A DNA stretch of 55,554 nt, the filler included, from Jimgerdemannia flammicorona (lineage: Eukaryota): the NCBI GenBank assembly GCA_003990765.1. It is 2 parts of 2 records of this genome, joined end to end, with 100 filler letters (N's around TTAATTAATTAA, not from the genome) between each part and the next. Parts side by side here need not be neighbours in the genome. Positions count along the whole stretch, not along the records: positions 1 to 27,736 come from RBNJ01000610.1; 1 more part is not named here. One strand, given 5' to 3'. This document shows, one piece after another, positions 13,491-25,693 of the stretch (the stretch's first letter is position 1; each line of letters begins with the position of its first letter). The position numbers were made by a program, and so were the translations under genes. The notes beneath the pieces are model-generated. The model searched no databases, was not told the DNA's origin, and worked only from the letters and a program-made list of their open reading frames with translations.

Positions 13491-14089
13491 GTTACTATAT
13501 TATTATCATCTTTTCTTCAAAAATCCAAAAATGATATTTGAAAGTATTGTCAGAAGTTTGTATAATCCAAATTATATCAGAGAAAGATATGTACTTAATA
13601 TTTACTAGTCTATCTCTAGCTAGTTTAGTAGTATTAATAGGTTTGAAATACTTATAAAGAGCCTTCTTAAATATTGCTCAATCTTTAACTCTTATTTCTT
13701 AATAGATAGCAGTAGTTATAATATAATTATACTATCAGATACCTATATTTTCTCAGAGAAAGGTAATAGTAAATTAGACTTATATATCTTTTTTTGGTTT
13801 TTATAAATTTAAAATATTGGTTTAATTAGAAGGTTTAGATATCAGTAGACAGTTCTTCTTAATGGTCATTAAAGATATCTAGTTTCAGTAGCTTGAAACT
13901 ATATATCTGATATAATTATAAGATAAGCTACTATAGCTGTACTTCTTACTTTTTATTATTCAAACTATATTTATAGATTTCTGATCTAGTATACATATTA
14001 TAGTAATAATCATCTCTTCTAGGTTAATCTAGATCTCTCTATCTATATCTTCTACTATAGAGAGGTCTGGGTAATTGATTGATTCTTCA

Positions 14090-14620
14090 GTATTCATTTT
14101 GAATTTATATAACTAGTTATAATTAGTTTTTAAATTTATATAAGATTTCTTAATAAGATAAGATATAACTTTACCACTGCTATCAAATATAATAGTTCTA
14201 GTTTCTTTAAGAGAAAGTAATTAAATCTGAAAGATTTTAGTAAGTCTAAAGTAGTTTAAAGAGATATTTTAGATTTAGATAGTCTTAAAGAATTTTTGGA
14301 GAAAATAAGCTAATCTTTATTTAAGTAAAAGAGAAGAATATTTATATAAGATCTAAAAGAAAGATCTAGAAATAAAAAGAAAAGTAAAAAAAAAAATAGT
14401 TCTCAGCAAAGATAACTAATAGAAATCTAAAATATTCTAATAGGTTCTATAACTAGTTATGATAAGATACTTAGTACTAAGAAAAAACAAGAATATTCTA
14501 ATAAAGTCTTAGTACCAAGAGAGGATTTCTAAGTATTTAAAAGATATGAAACATTGTAAAATATTTAAGAAAGATAAGAAAAAACTAAAGAAAAGATGTA
14601 AAAATATATTATAACTAAGA
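14090..14620 (-). repeat. Heavily AT-shifted LTR relic related to the chromovirus LTR at 25694-26281
   Basis: TAATAGTTCTAGTTTC...AAAGAATTTTTGGAGAAAATA...TATTTATATAAGATCTAAAAG...TAGTACCAAGAGAGGATTTCTAAG matches 25760-26085. Confidence 0.6.
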
Positions 14621-14641
14621 TATATCTAAAAAATTATTATA

Positions 14642-14673
<32 letters not shown>
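14642..14673. repeat. (AAT)n microsatellite
   Basis: About 10 perfect AAT units; a shorter run lies near 14776-14793. Confidence 0.9.
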
Positions 14674-14675
<2 letters not shown>

Positions 14676-15187
14676 CATAAATATATTTGTTAAAATATTA
14701 AAGTTTATATTTAAGTTTTTTAAAATAATTACTTTTAATTTTCTCATATATAAAAAGTAATCAATTTTTTTTAAAATAATAATAATAATAATATAAAAAA
14801 TAAATAAAACTCTATATTTTAAAATCTGAATAAAAAATATATATTATACTTTTATAAACAAATTACTAGAAAACAAAAGTATAACATATAAAGTAAGTTT
14901 GTTAATATCGTTCATTATTCTGGAGTTGTAATGGGTGTCCACTTTATTCTCAGCTATCAAAATGACAGTTATATAGTATAATATAGTAGTAAATTTGAAA
15001 AAGAGACTTCGGAGAGAGAAGGCTGAAAAGTAATTATATGAATCTCCAAAGCTATTTTTCTTAATTTTGAGAGTTTTAGATGTTTGGGTTTAGGCGTTGC
15101 ACACCATACTTTTGTGACACAAGCCATCCATTCGACACGTGAACACATCCCGTGAAACGTCAACATTTCACAACATCCCTTCCCAAC

Positions 15188-15973
15188 ATGTCGCATACCT
15201 TTCGTTCAGAGTTCAGGTGGATTGAAACGTCAACCCCAGCCTCATACCATCAATCTCTACTTTCACTCCTCGACTATGCCCGCGATCATTACTTCATCCA
15301 GTTCCCCGTCCCCGGCACAACATATCCGCTGTGGGTGATCCGCGCTGTTGAACTACAACTCCAAACCATATGGGTGCCCCCCGGGACAACCGCATACACT
15401 ATTGATACCCGCATCACGAAGCTCGGGAGAACTAGTTTGACCTTCGAACAGCAGGTCATTGGCGAAGAGGAGGTCAACGAAGGCGAACGGACGAAGATCC
15501 CGCTGGCGATCGCCACCACCATCGTCGTCTTTATCGCCTCAGTGACGGACATCAGACCCATCCGCATCCCGGAATCCGTCCGCGCGCTTCCTTCTTTCAT
15601 AAGCCGAACCGATGCACGACCGCCGATGCCCGCTGCAATCCCCGAGACCGCGTTCCGCTACATGATACGTGTTCGCCATACTGATTGCGATGTTTTCGGG
15701 CACGTGACCAATTCGCGGTACATGAGCTACTGGCATGACGCCATCGCTAGTGGAAGGCACGCTGGCTTGTTTCAACATGAGGATAGCGACGTTGCTTGTG
15801 CGGAGATTCTTTACGAAAGGGAGGCTAAGAATCAGGAGGAAATATGTGTGTGGGTTTGGCATGATGTGGCAAATGCGGTTTATAATCTTGTGCTGAAGAG
15901 GCAAGATGGGAGTGTGGGTGCAATAGGTCGTATGTGGGTACACAAAATTCAAGCCGTGCCGAGTAAACTGTAG
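15188..15973 (+). CDS. Double hotdog-fold thioesterase (acyl-ACP/acyl-CoA thioesterase-like), intronless, 261 aa
   Basis: First ATG at 15188 (MSHTFRSEFRW); motifs TKLGRTSLTFEQ and IRVRHTDCDVFGHVTNSRY; paralogous to the next ORF. Confidence 0.85.
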   Translation: MSHTFRSEFRWIETSTPASYHQSLLSLLDYARDHYFIQFPVPGTTYPLWVIRAVELQLQTIWVPPGTTAYTIDTRITKLGRTSLTFEQQVIGEEEVNEGERTKIPLAIATTIVVFIASVTDIRPIRIPESVRALPSFISRTDARPPMPAAIPETAFRYMIRVRHTDCDVFGHVTNSRYMSYWHDAIASGRHAGLFQHEDSDVACAEILYEREAKNQEEICVWVWHDVANAVYNLVLKRQDGSVGAIGRMWVHKIQAVPSKL

Positions 15974-16284
15974 AGTCAGAACGATGTCGTTTTCACTCCC
16001 TGAGTTGTATAATGGAAATACCACCCGTTATGCCGAAATAATAGAATTTCCTATTTTTCTTCGACGAGTGTTCTTAACCTTTTCAGCAGAACAAGTAAGT
16101 TGCATTACTCCCGACCACCCGACTATCAGTTGTATCCAACATTTTGTATTTGGAACAGCGATTAATTAGATAACCTGCATAGTTCTTCATTCTAAGCCAC
16201 TTTCAATATAAATATATACTCCGATTTCAGTCATCGACTCCGCATTCTCCTTCGTCACCTCTAATCGTTCCCCCTTCGCCCGTC

Positions 16285-17064
16285 ATGCCCGCTTATTCGA
16301 TATCTTCGGACTTCCGTTGGGCTGAGGTTAACAATCCCATATCTTTCCACGACAGCCTCTTGGTTTATTTCGGCCACTGCCGTACCACACATCCATTATT
16401 GAGATACGCCACAGGCGACATTGCCCTACTTTTGCGCGCCGTAAACATCCGAATGCACACTAACAAACCCCCGCTGATTTTCGGCCGGTTCTCCGTAGAA
16501 AGCGACCTTATCAAAGTCGGCCGGTCATCGGTCTTGTTTGAGGAGTTCATCTACCTTGAGAAAGAGGAGGGGAAGCCGAGGACGCTGCTGGCCACCTCGA
16601 CGGCGACGGTCCTTCTCGTCAATATGCGCACCAAAAAGCCCGACCCCATGCCCGACGGCGTCAAGGAGACCGCCGCGCCATCAAAGTATGCTCTAGAGTC
16701 CTTCGCGAAACCCAAGATTCCGACTACGATCCCCGAGGACGCTTTCCAGCATCGTTTCCTCGTCCGCCAGTCCGATCTCGACGTCAACGTGCATGTGACA
16801 AACGCGCGGTTTATCATCTTTTTTGATGACGCGCTCGTTGCTGGCTTCCTTGCCGGTAGATTCAAGCATGAGCCCAAGGATATTAGCGGATTCGAACTGA
16901 CATACGAGAGGGAGGTGAAATTGGGGGAAGTTGCTGTGATTTGTTGGTTCGACGAGCAAGGCGCCTATATATTTATACTTAAGCGCGAGGATGGCATTGT
17001 CGCCGCAACGGGAAGGATGTTTGCTGGCGAAAAAAATACTGAACCCTGGCTAGCAAGATTCTGA
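16285..17064 (+). CDS. Double hotdog-fold thioesterase paralog, intronless, 259 aa
   Basis: Motifs IKVGRSSVLFEE and LVRQSDLDVNVHVTNARF; TATA-like run and pyrimidine tract upstream; colinear with 15188-15973. Confidence 0.87.
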   Translation: MPAYSISSDFRWAEVNNPISFHDSLLVYFGHCRTTHPLLRYATGDIALLLRAVNIRMHTNKPPLIFGRFSVESDLIKVGRSSVLFEEFIYLEKEEGKPRTLLATSTATVLLVNMRTKKPDPMPDGVKETAAPSKYALESFAKPKIPTTIPEDAFQHRFLVRQSDLDVNVHVTNARFIIFFDDALVAGFLAGRFKHEPKDISGFELTYEREVKLGEVAVICWFDEQGAYIFILKREDGIVAATGRMFAGEKNTEPWLARF

Positions 17065-18018
17065 TCTAAATACGTTGGCAACGGGTGGAAGATTGCAGGT
17101 CGGGTTTGGCTCTCGTGCCAATGGCCCCTGGTTTCAGTTTTAGTTTTCCCTTTTGTTGAGATATCAATTTCTTCAACCCGACATGTAAGCACGTGACATA
17201 TGTCTATGTACGTCAGTCATCAATTACTACGCCACGCCTCAAAATACGCGACTTACATATTATCAATAAAGACATCTCCTTTCACTTCATCCGAATTCCC
17301 AATTATTCACACACCTTTGACTATGGTCTCTTGATTGTAAATATATGCTGCGTGCCAAATGTTTAACCTAAACAAATTGCGTGTAAGTCGCTCCCGAACC
17401 CTGAAGCCCACGGGTGGACGTTCTTCCAACGGGCGAACGATCTTCCTTGTGACCTAAGTGGGGCTGCCGTGTCCTATGATATGATTGGATTTAAATATTT
17501 AACACATGCCTACAAACTAGAAATTAAGGTTCCGCCGCTTTCTTTCCGAAACTAGAACAGATTTGTAATTGAAAAACCAGCTGTGCGATTGTTGAATGCT
17601 TGACAGAGCACTGAATGAGAGGGTGGTTCAGATACCGAGCAGTCGGATTGGCGTGTCAGCATTTGTTGGGCTTACCCCATTTAGGCATGTGGTTGAAAAA
17701 CGATGTGCTGGGGAAATACAAAAAAGAGAACGCTTCTCGATTGAAATTAACACATGAATGCATTATTGTAGGTACTATCGATTGTAAGCATCATAATCGT
17801 TGATTTGATAGAATTATATGCAGTGACGTAAGTACATGCTTGTGAGAAGTAATTTAAAGACAGTGGATATAATATAGAGTGGAAATATAGTACATCTATG
17901 GATTACAAGTATTCTCAATAAAAAATGAAATTGGCCCCACAGTTATTTACAGCTAATTGTCAATCGTGTGAAATTGCCACCTTATACTTGACTAGAATCG
18001 CTTTTGTCCGGAGTTGAC

Positions 18019-21000
18019 TCAGCCTTTTTGCAAATCTTTGATTCCAGACCATATAGAATCAAGTCGTTGTTCTTGTTCCGGGTTTTGAAGCGCAGTATCC
18101 TCTTCAGTTGATCCCAAGGTCGAATTTTTTGAGGAGCTGTTCGAGGAATCCCCGAGAACAAGTGCATGCGGTCCAACCACGACAACCATCGGCGGCGCTA
18201 TCTCCTCGACAGCCAAAGGGTTCGAGCTGGAATTTTTCGACTTTCCGCCGGTCCACGATTTGATCGTCTTGCGTTTCCAAAGGAGCAGCGCTACAACGGC
18301 AAGCACCACCACTCCGGCAACGACGGAGCCAGCGATAACGGCAGTGTGCTGAATGGATTCTGAGTCTGTGCTTGTTACGTTGTTGTTTGTCGTCTTGTTT
18401 CCAACCTTTGAGGGCGGCAAGGTGTGATTGTAATAGAAAGGGTGGGTTAAGGAGTACATGACTTGGCGCGCCACATTAGACTGGTAGACAGCGTTATAGT
18501 TTAGAGCGACTTCTGATTGCGCCCAATCGGCTCGGTTGTCGTCAAAGTGGTCGGTTCCGTTCGGTCCCCCGACAATGGCTGAAATAATCAATCACGCTCG
18601 ATTGTGAGTCGCTTGTGCTTTGCCTTGACTATTAAAACAAGACAACCATCAGCAATTCAAGAAAAGTTAACACATACCTCCTAATAGGACATGCATGGTT
18701 TGAGGTGGCTGGTCCAATTGGCTGAGTTGTGTTCCTCCATGCGCGCCTGAAGTATAATTCAATCAGTTAGCAAATGACAATCTAGAGGTAGTCAATGTAA
18801 CGGGGATGAGAGCCGGGTGCTTACCAGGATGAGCAGGGTTCTTTGGCGAGTTCGCGGTTTCACCGATTATATACATCTCGTTCATAGGATTGTTCCCAAA
18901 GAGATAATCCATCTGATTGATCGCAAAATGCTCGTACTGTGCTGCCCTAATAGCTTCAGTCGTGGTTGTAGCGTTCTTTGATACAGGACGCAGAACGGAC
19001 GAGGCGTATATAAGCAAAAGGAGTGATGCTGTTTGGGCGGGTATGAGTCCGTTTGAATCGCTAATGGCACGATCGAGTAAAAAGATATAGGAATAACGTT
19101 ATTTTATCTTTTTATCGAATGCTAACAATTTTTTATCCAGAGGCTTACCTTGTTCCCGGGAACCACAGTAAGCCGCCGGGAGTTAATTGTCCGTCACCTG
19201 TCAGGTTTGCGATGGAGTCGAGATAGGCTTGTGCTTCACGTTGCCATACGACGGCGTCACTTGTAGCCGGGAACCCAGCGTTGCCGCTGGTCAACTCCGC
19301 CATCAACACGTAGGAAGCTCCAATTTTATTATCCCAGTCGACCGACAATGTTGAGTTTTGGAGTTTTTCTGTCGAATTATAAGTCTGACGGGCAATATCA
19401 AGCCAAGAGGAGTTCCCCGTTGCACGGTACATCCATGCAGACGCCCATAATAGCTCGTCGTTATAATCGAGAGAACCATACATTTTGGCAGCGGCTGTAT
19501 TGAGTTCATCGCAAATAGATTGTGTATGATAGAGTTAACCATCCGGTAATTTGCGACAATTAAAAAAAAGAAAAAAAAAAAAAAAAAATAGAAAATATAT
19601 CATATATGCTTACCTGGAACGGCTTTCTGATACACTTGATAAGGTTTAGCACTGACGGCAAAATCCATGAGACTCAATGCGTGGGATAGAAGTAGCTGTG
19701 CATACTCTGCGTCTGTCGGGTCTTGAGTTACGCCATAGATCAATTGGAATAGCAGTGATGAGGAGGCCATACATGCGGCTGGCAATGAGAAATGATTAGA
19801 ACCGTTAGCTAAGCTATTTTGCCACAGTCATATGGATAGAATTTGCCTGTACTTACCGGTTTCAGCGACCACATCGGTTCCTGGATTGGTAGCATTTACT
19901 TGGAAAGATGGTCGTGGTGTCGGAATGCCAGTGTCGGGTCCTACAGAGTGTGACGGTTCTAGGTTTTGACTTTTCCTAACCTATTATACAATTAGGTGCT
20001 GACAATTTTCAAGAATGAACTGATACTCTACCCCAATAGTTATTGTCAACCTCGTTTAAACCGACCTGCACGGACATCAAAGAAAATGATTGAAGTCAGG
20101 CGAAAATCTTCCCAAAATAGTGAGTAAATGCAATAACAAATTTGACTGACTTGTACGTAGAGGACTTGTGGTTGAGGGTGAGCTTTAATAAGCCAATCTG
20201 TGCCCTGGCAACCAGAAGGACATGACATATATATATACACATGTCGAAAACTTGAGTCAACAGTCACATCAAGGAAAACGCACAAACACTGGCCATGATA
20301 CTCACCCATTTCACCATTGCTCTCAGGTAATTTGTCTGGTTAGCCAAGACATATCCTTGCCAGTATTCTAAACCTCCCCAGTTGATCATATTGATGGAGA
20401 AAGCCAACGGGAATGTAAATTTCATGTAGTCGCCTGGTTACGAGAATAAAGATTTGGTGAGAAATTCACGATAAACAACTAGACGTCAGCTGGCGCAAAA
20501 AATATAGCGCAGGGAGTCAACCCTATATTATTTACCTGCATCGTAATATCCCTGTTTTTGGCGTAATTATTGGAAGCAAGTAAGTAGATGAACCGGCCTC
20601 GGAAAGACTTCGTTGGTTGACTTGAAAGATTTACACATACCCCAACAAGATCGACATTATTATCGGATCCATCCTGCAGCCCAGAATTGTGGCGCCTGTG
20701 AATGCGAATACACAAGATCAGAACTCATATAAACATCTTCAAGATTTTCGGATCAAATATCCAAAGCTCACCATGAGATACGATTGCTCGCCGGTAGAGG
20801 ACCAGATCTTTGGGCTTCGTAGAAAAGCAAAGAATCTCCCAAAAGTTTGATGTATTCAGGACTGGGCGTCTCCACTGGTTCTACAGGTACTGGCCATGTT
20901 TTGTAATCGAATGGAGTCGGTGTCCCCGTAGGAAGCTTGGTGGTCTGAGTGCCCCCGCCGGCTGCGTAAGCAGACGATGTCAAGAGCAACACTGTGGCAA

Positions 21001-21037
21001 GTTTTATGCCGTGCCGCCAAGAACGCGTAATACTCAT
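18019..21037 (-). CDS. Glycoside hydrolase family 9 endoglucanase with signal peptide and C-terminal transmembrane helix; about 12 exons
   Basis: Spliced motifs SLLFYEAQRSG, DLVG|GYYDA|GDYMKF, W|GTDWLIKAH, YNDELLWASAWMYRATG, QMDYLFGNNP, AIVGGPNGTDHFDDNRADWAQSEVALNYNA; GT-AG introns; TM segment IAGSVVAGVVVLAVVALLLW then KRK. Confidence 0.93.
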
Positions 21038-23159
21038 TTTAACTGCACTTGGATTGTGAATTGGTCAAAGAAAAGAGAATCGGCCTCGACCGCAGTGACC
21101 GCAGTGTGTGGATGGTATAATAAAAACACTACAAGCGAGGGTTGGGCAATGCCTTTATACGTAATTATAATCATGCCAAAGTATTTCAAACGACGCTCTT
21201 CACTGCGGCAGCGGCCGGGCCGAGTAACTCTTGATTTCCAACCTACAAGTGTGACACTATATCAGATGAGCCACGTACACAGGATGGCAGATCGGAGTGC
21301 GTATGAATAGAATTCAGAGCTAAAGTATCCATTTAACTGATTGTAGTTAAGTCCATCTTATATTTTTGCAGTCGTGCATGTTCGCTAAAAAAAAGGTTGC
21401 TAGGAAACGTGTCAACGTCATACTATATTGTCCGTCCATATTAGATCATATTGACGAAGTCTCGGAAAGTCCACCGAAGATGCCCTCGAAGAGATCTTGT
21501 GGTATGCTTTCCCCGGACGTAAACGAAGCATTGCAAATTGAAATTAACCGACACAACCGGCAGTTGATGAAAGTAGTCATCTACAAATCTACGCTTTGTT
21601 CAAAGTTTTTTTTTTTTTTTCTTCGAGATATGAAGGATTGTTCTCAGGAGACAAAGAATATCAGGAACACATGCAAATAGAAGTGAACCGATATAGGTTC
21701 GGTCGTCCAAAACAACACTTCTGATCTCGGAGGCCTGGAACGTTTTAGGCAGAAAAATTCCGATGGTGTTTCCGCTGACGTATGGCGGTAAACATGGTTG
21801 ACTCAGAAAAGTCAAAATTAAATACCAAATACACGACTCTTCGCGACACAACGTGATGACCCTGAATTTGTAAGATTTGTAAGGCACATGGTCCGAGCTT
21901 GCGCGTCAACCGACAAACGTGTGTAGAGGAGGTTGGAAGGGCGAGTTTGGAAGGAGGGAAAGAAAGGACCCACGCAGTCCTGTGGGTGGTCGCATTGGCA
22001 ATGTAACACACCTGCAAGCTCTAAAGTTACTTTGGCGATTGAGCCGGTATGTTGACGCGCGGTAGAATGAATAGCCATCCCTTGGCCCCTTGGCGGTAAA
22101 CAAGAGAAGCCAGCTGCATCTCTTGCCCGCACATCGGATATTGTCTTCTTCCATATCCGTTCCCACGCGACGGCCCGAGGGATGTAAGGTTGGGGATTAC
22201 GGGGACAATGACGAGAATCGTGAATGTTCGCGCGCTTTCCGTCCCCATCACGCGTTTGGGGTCTGTTTATCAATAACATTGTCACCAAGAGAGGTACAGT
22301 GACTGCTTCCCCCTTTCTTGAGTCTCCAAGCTTTCTTATCGTACAACCATCATTGCCACATTTCATCATCGTGCCTGAGGGCATCAGACATCAAGAAATA
22401 GGCCGACAAAATGAATATTATTAATCTCTGTAGCACTTTACGCACATTAGCTTTCGAAGACTCTAGAACTGAGGCTCCTAGAGCCACTCTCCGCTCATGA
22501 ACTGTTGATGAGGTGGCAGCATGTGAATCATAACCATCATGGAAACAATCATAGCGGAGGGCCGATACACGAGTCGGGTATTCTTGTTAGTAATGCAATG
22601 AATAAATACGCACGAAATAATGCCCTCGCTAAGGAGATAATGCGCTCGAAATCCGATTGCTTATGTTTGTATTTGTCACACATAATTTTACGATATCCGC
22701 GGTGGATTCGGAATTAACCCACGTCACCCGCCGCGTCTCCGCGCACCCAATCTTCGAGCCTAAGGGTATTCGCCAAAATGCTTTTTTTTTTTCGTTTGGG
22801 TGCAAACTACGGGAAACAATGCAGAATAACCTAAGTACATTTCAGTTTATTGCATTGATATCAATGTCATATGACGTCATTAGTTGCACGGAGGTACGAT
22901 TTGTAATCAGTTGCTGGTATGATTACGTCATCCACGAATTCCTCGTTAACGTCTACATAACAATCCGTCGTGCCTTCACTTACACCAGCATCAGCTGGAA
23001 AATACATAACCTCCTCGAATCAAAATTAAAAATTTGGACAGTTTGGACAGTTCGCCGATCAGTGTATCTTGCCTTTTTATTTTTCAAAAATGACAATGTG
23101 TTGGACTGCCTTCGTTGTGCTATCTGTTTTATCGATCACGGAGCTAAAATATAACAAAG

Positions 23160-23400
23160 TTCTGGGGACTATCTTGAGTGTCAGATTGACTTTCAGGATC
23201 AATGAGCTGTGTTTAATGATTTACCATTAAGACAACCATCTATATCCTAACAGATTCTGAACTTTATTACAAGATTCTTATAAATATTATAACTCTCTAC
23301 TAAAATATATAACATTACTACTTTTGGTCTAATATGCTTAAGGAAATCAAGGAGTATATTATAAGTTACAATTTCTGTTAATAACAAATTCAACAATTAA
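23160..23400 (+). mobile_element. Small decayed gypsy integrase (Zn-binding region) fragment
   Basis: YFWSNMLKEIKEYIISYNFC matches YYWPNMLKEIKEYVQSCDLC of the chromovirus at ~27550-27607. Confidence 0.65.
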
Positions 23401-23479
23401 GTTTACTCTAACTACTATTTATTATAATTAAGAAATTTAAAAAAATATAATAGATTTTATTATATATAACTCTTATAAA

Positions 23480-24190
23480 TTAAATTGAACTTTGATACTA
23501 TTATTATATTTTTAGATATAATATTTTAGCTTTATTTACTTAATTAGTTATATATTTCTCTTAATATTTTTAGTCTTTTATACAATATTCTAATACTTTC
23601 TGAATACCTAAAACTCTTCTCTTAGTACTAAATTTGATACTTAGAATAAATTAAATCAATTTTACTCCAATTTAATTTGATTTGAAATATTTAAATAAAA
23701 TTGAGAGCTAATTTGATTTAAATTTATCTGAATTGAAGTTTAATTCAATTCAGTTTAACTTGAATTATGGTTTAATTTAATTTGAGTTTTAATTTAAAAC
23801 TTCATTTTTGAAATTTAATAACTTGATAAAAATATATCTAAATAAAATTTAACTTATTAGATTATCTTATAAAAAAAAAAAACTAGTATAACAAAATCAT
23901 CAAATCTAAATATATTTTAGTTGAGTTATTATATTTTAAAGTTTAACTCTTATTTAAAAGTATTAACTAAATTATATAGTTAGAATACTTTTATCTTTTT
24001 TTAATATTAGTATCTTATTTTTAAAAAAATTATATATATCTTCTAAAACTTCTTAAATCTAAATATCTTTTTAAGTTACTTAAACTCTATCAGAACTATT
24101 TAATAATAGTAGTAAAGTTATATTATATCTTATTATAAAATCTTATATAATTTTTAACTAGTTATAACTAATAATATAAATTTAAAATAA
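23480..24190 (+). repeat. AT-shifted LTR relic (inverted relative to 14090-14620), interrupted by a decayed MITE at ~23635-23950
   Basis: Reverse complement of 24100-24190 matches 14090-14200, and 23570-23630 matches ~14505-14570; 23635-23950 matches the MITE arm ending at 29195. Confidence 0.55.
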
Positions 24191-24197
24191 TTAATAG

Positions 24198-25170
24198 TAT
24201 AATGTACTAGCTTAATAAAAATAAATTATAAAGTTAAGACTACTATATAGATTAGCTTAAGCTCTCAGTTACTTTGTCAAAGTAATAAAATATTCAGTAG
24301 TTTCTAAATATATAAGCTCTCTGATATATATAATATAGATAATTTCAACAGTTTTCTTATTAGGTAGATTTAACATATTATTCTTAAATTAATACAGATT
24401 TTTATATCTAACAGATTTCTCTAAATCTTTTGGTAAGTATACTAAATATATATTGAATCTTTAAGCTTAGTCTGGCAAGCAGACCAAAATTGATAAACTT
24501 CTTTTCTTTATATTAGAAAGTAAACTAGAGTGAAAAATAATACTTACAATCTTCTATATAATGGCTATAAAGTAGATATTTCTCCTAAGTATTATAATCT
24601 TTTCTGAATTAAGTAACTTTTAATAGACATATCTCTTAAAGTATATTAGATAGACTTATCTTTTACTTTGAAACTTTTCAGACTGAGGTTTATTCACTCT
24701 TATTACTGGAATATTTTATATAGTTATAGTTACTAGCTGATTACTATATAGCTAATTATAAAATATATAGTAAGGCTAATTTAGGAAGAGATTTTCTTAG
24801 AAAATAGATATTCTTTTGAGATATAGATATTCTCTCAGAGTACAGATATATGAAATTTATCTCAATTTAATATATCAGTTATTTATATAGTAATAGTATA
24901 AGAGATAACTATATAGAGTAACTATACTAGATATATTTATATATTATCTAGCTATACTATAATATTTACTTATTACATTAGCTTCTACTATAAGATAGTC
25001 TGTCCTCAGACTATTCTTTAGTCATTATTCCAATATCTATAGGTATCTTCTATATCTATATCTATACTATTATCTCCTTTTATATCTAGATCACGCTATT
25101 CTAAGAATTCTTCTTTTTTTTTTCAAGAAATAGTACTTTGATACTACTGATAATTGACTGGTAACTGACT
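24198..25170 (-). mobile_element. Decayed 3' LTR (24198-24977) plus PPT/ORF3 end of a gypsy-B-family element
   Basis: Both ends align with 47436-48792; flank GATAGTCTGTCCTCAGACTATTC matches 48809-48830. Confidence 0.75.
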
Positions 25171-25693
25171 ATATTTATTTATTATATATATATTAGTTAA
25201 GTTGAATTGGACCTGGGTGAGAGCTAAGGAGTTTTTTTTATATATTACATATAATCTATCTATAGCAATAGTATTTCTTCAAGTTAGATTAGTAGAGTTT
25301 CTTATATATATATGATTTAGTATTGTGAGGTCTTGCAATTGTTATCTAATTACATAGTAGGCCTCTAGTTGGTAAATCTATAATAGATATTAGATGATAG
25401 TGAGATTCTCTTAAAGTATTCAGATTTGTTGAATATAATTTCCTTGAGCTTTTTAGAACTATAATAGTGGAATTGAAAGAGTCTGAAAAGAACTAAGAAT
25501 AAGAATCTAGAGGTACTGGTCAATTCTCTAATTCATTATATTGAGGAGAGATATGTATCTTAAGGTAGTTAATATAGACTTAAATCCTCAAGATTTGTTT
25601 ATTTATACTTTTATATTATAGAAATATCTTAGTTATAGCAACTTAATATATAGTATAGTCTGACTATATTATTATATAAATATCATCAATATG

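Noticed and set aside
21300..23154. Several overlapping 70-190-aa ORFs upstream of GH9
   Set aside because: No recognisable motifs or consistent splice structure; treated as intergenic or unassignable.
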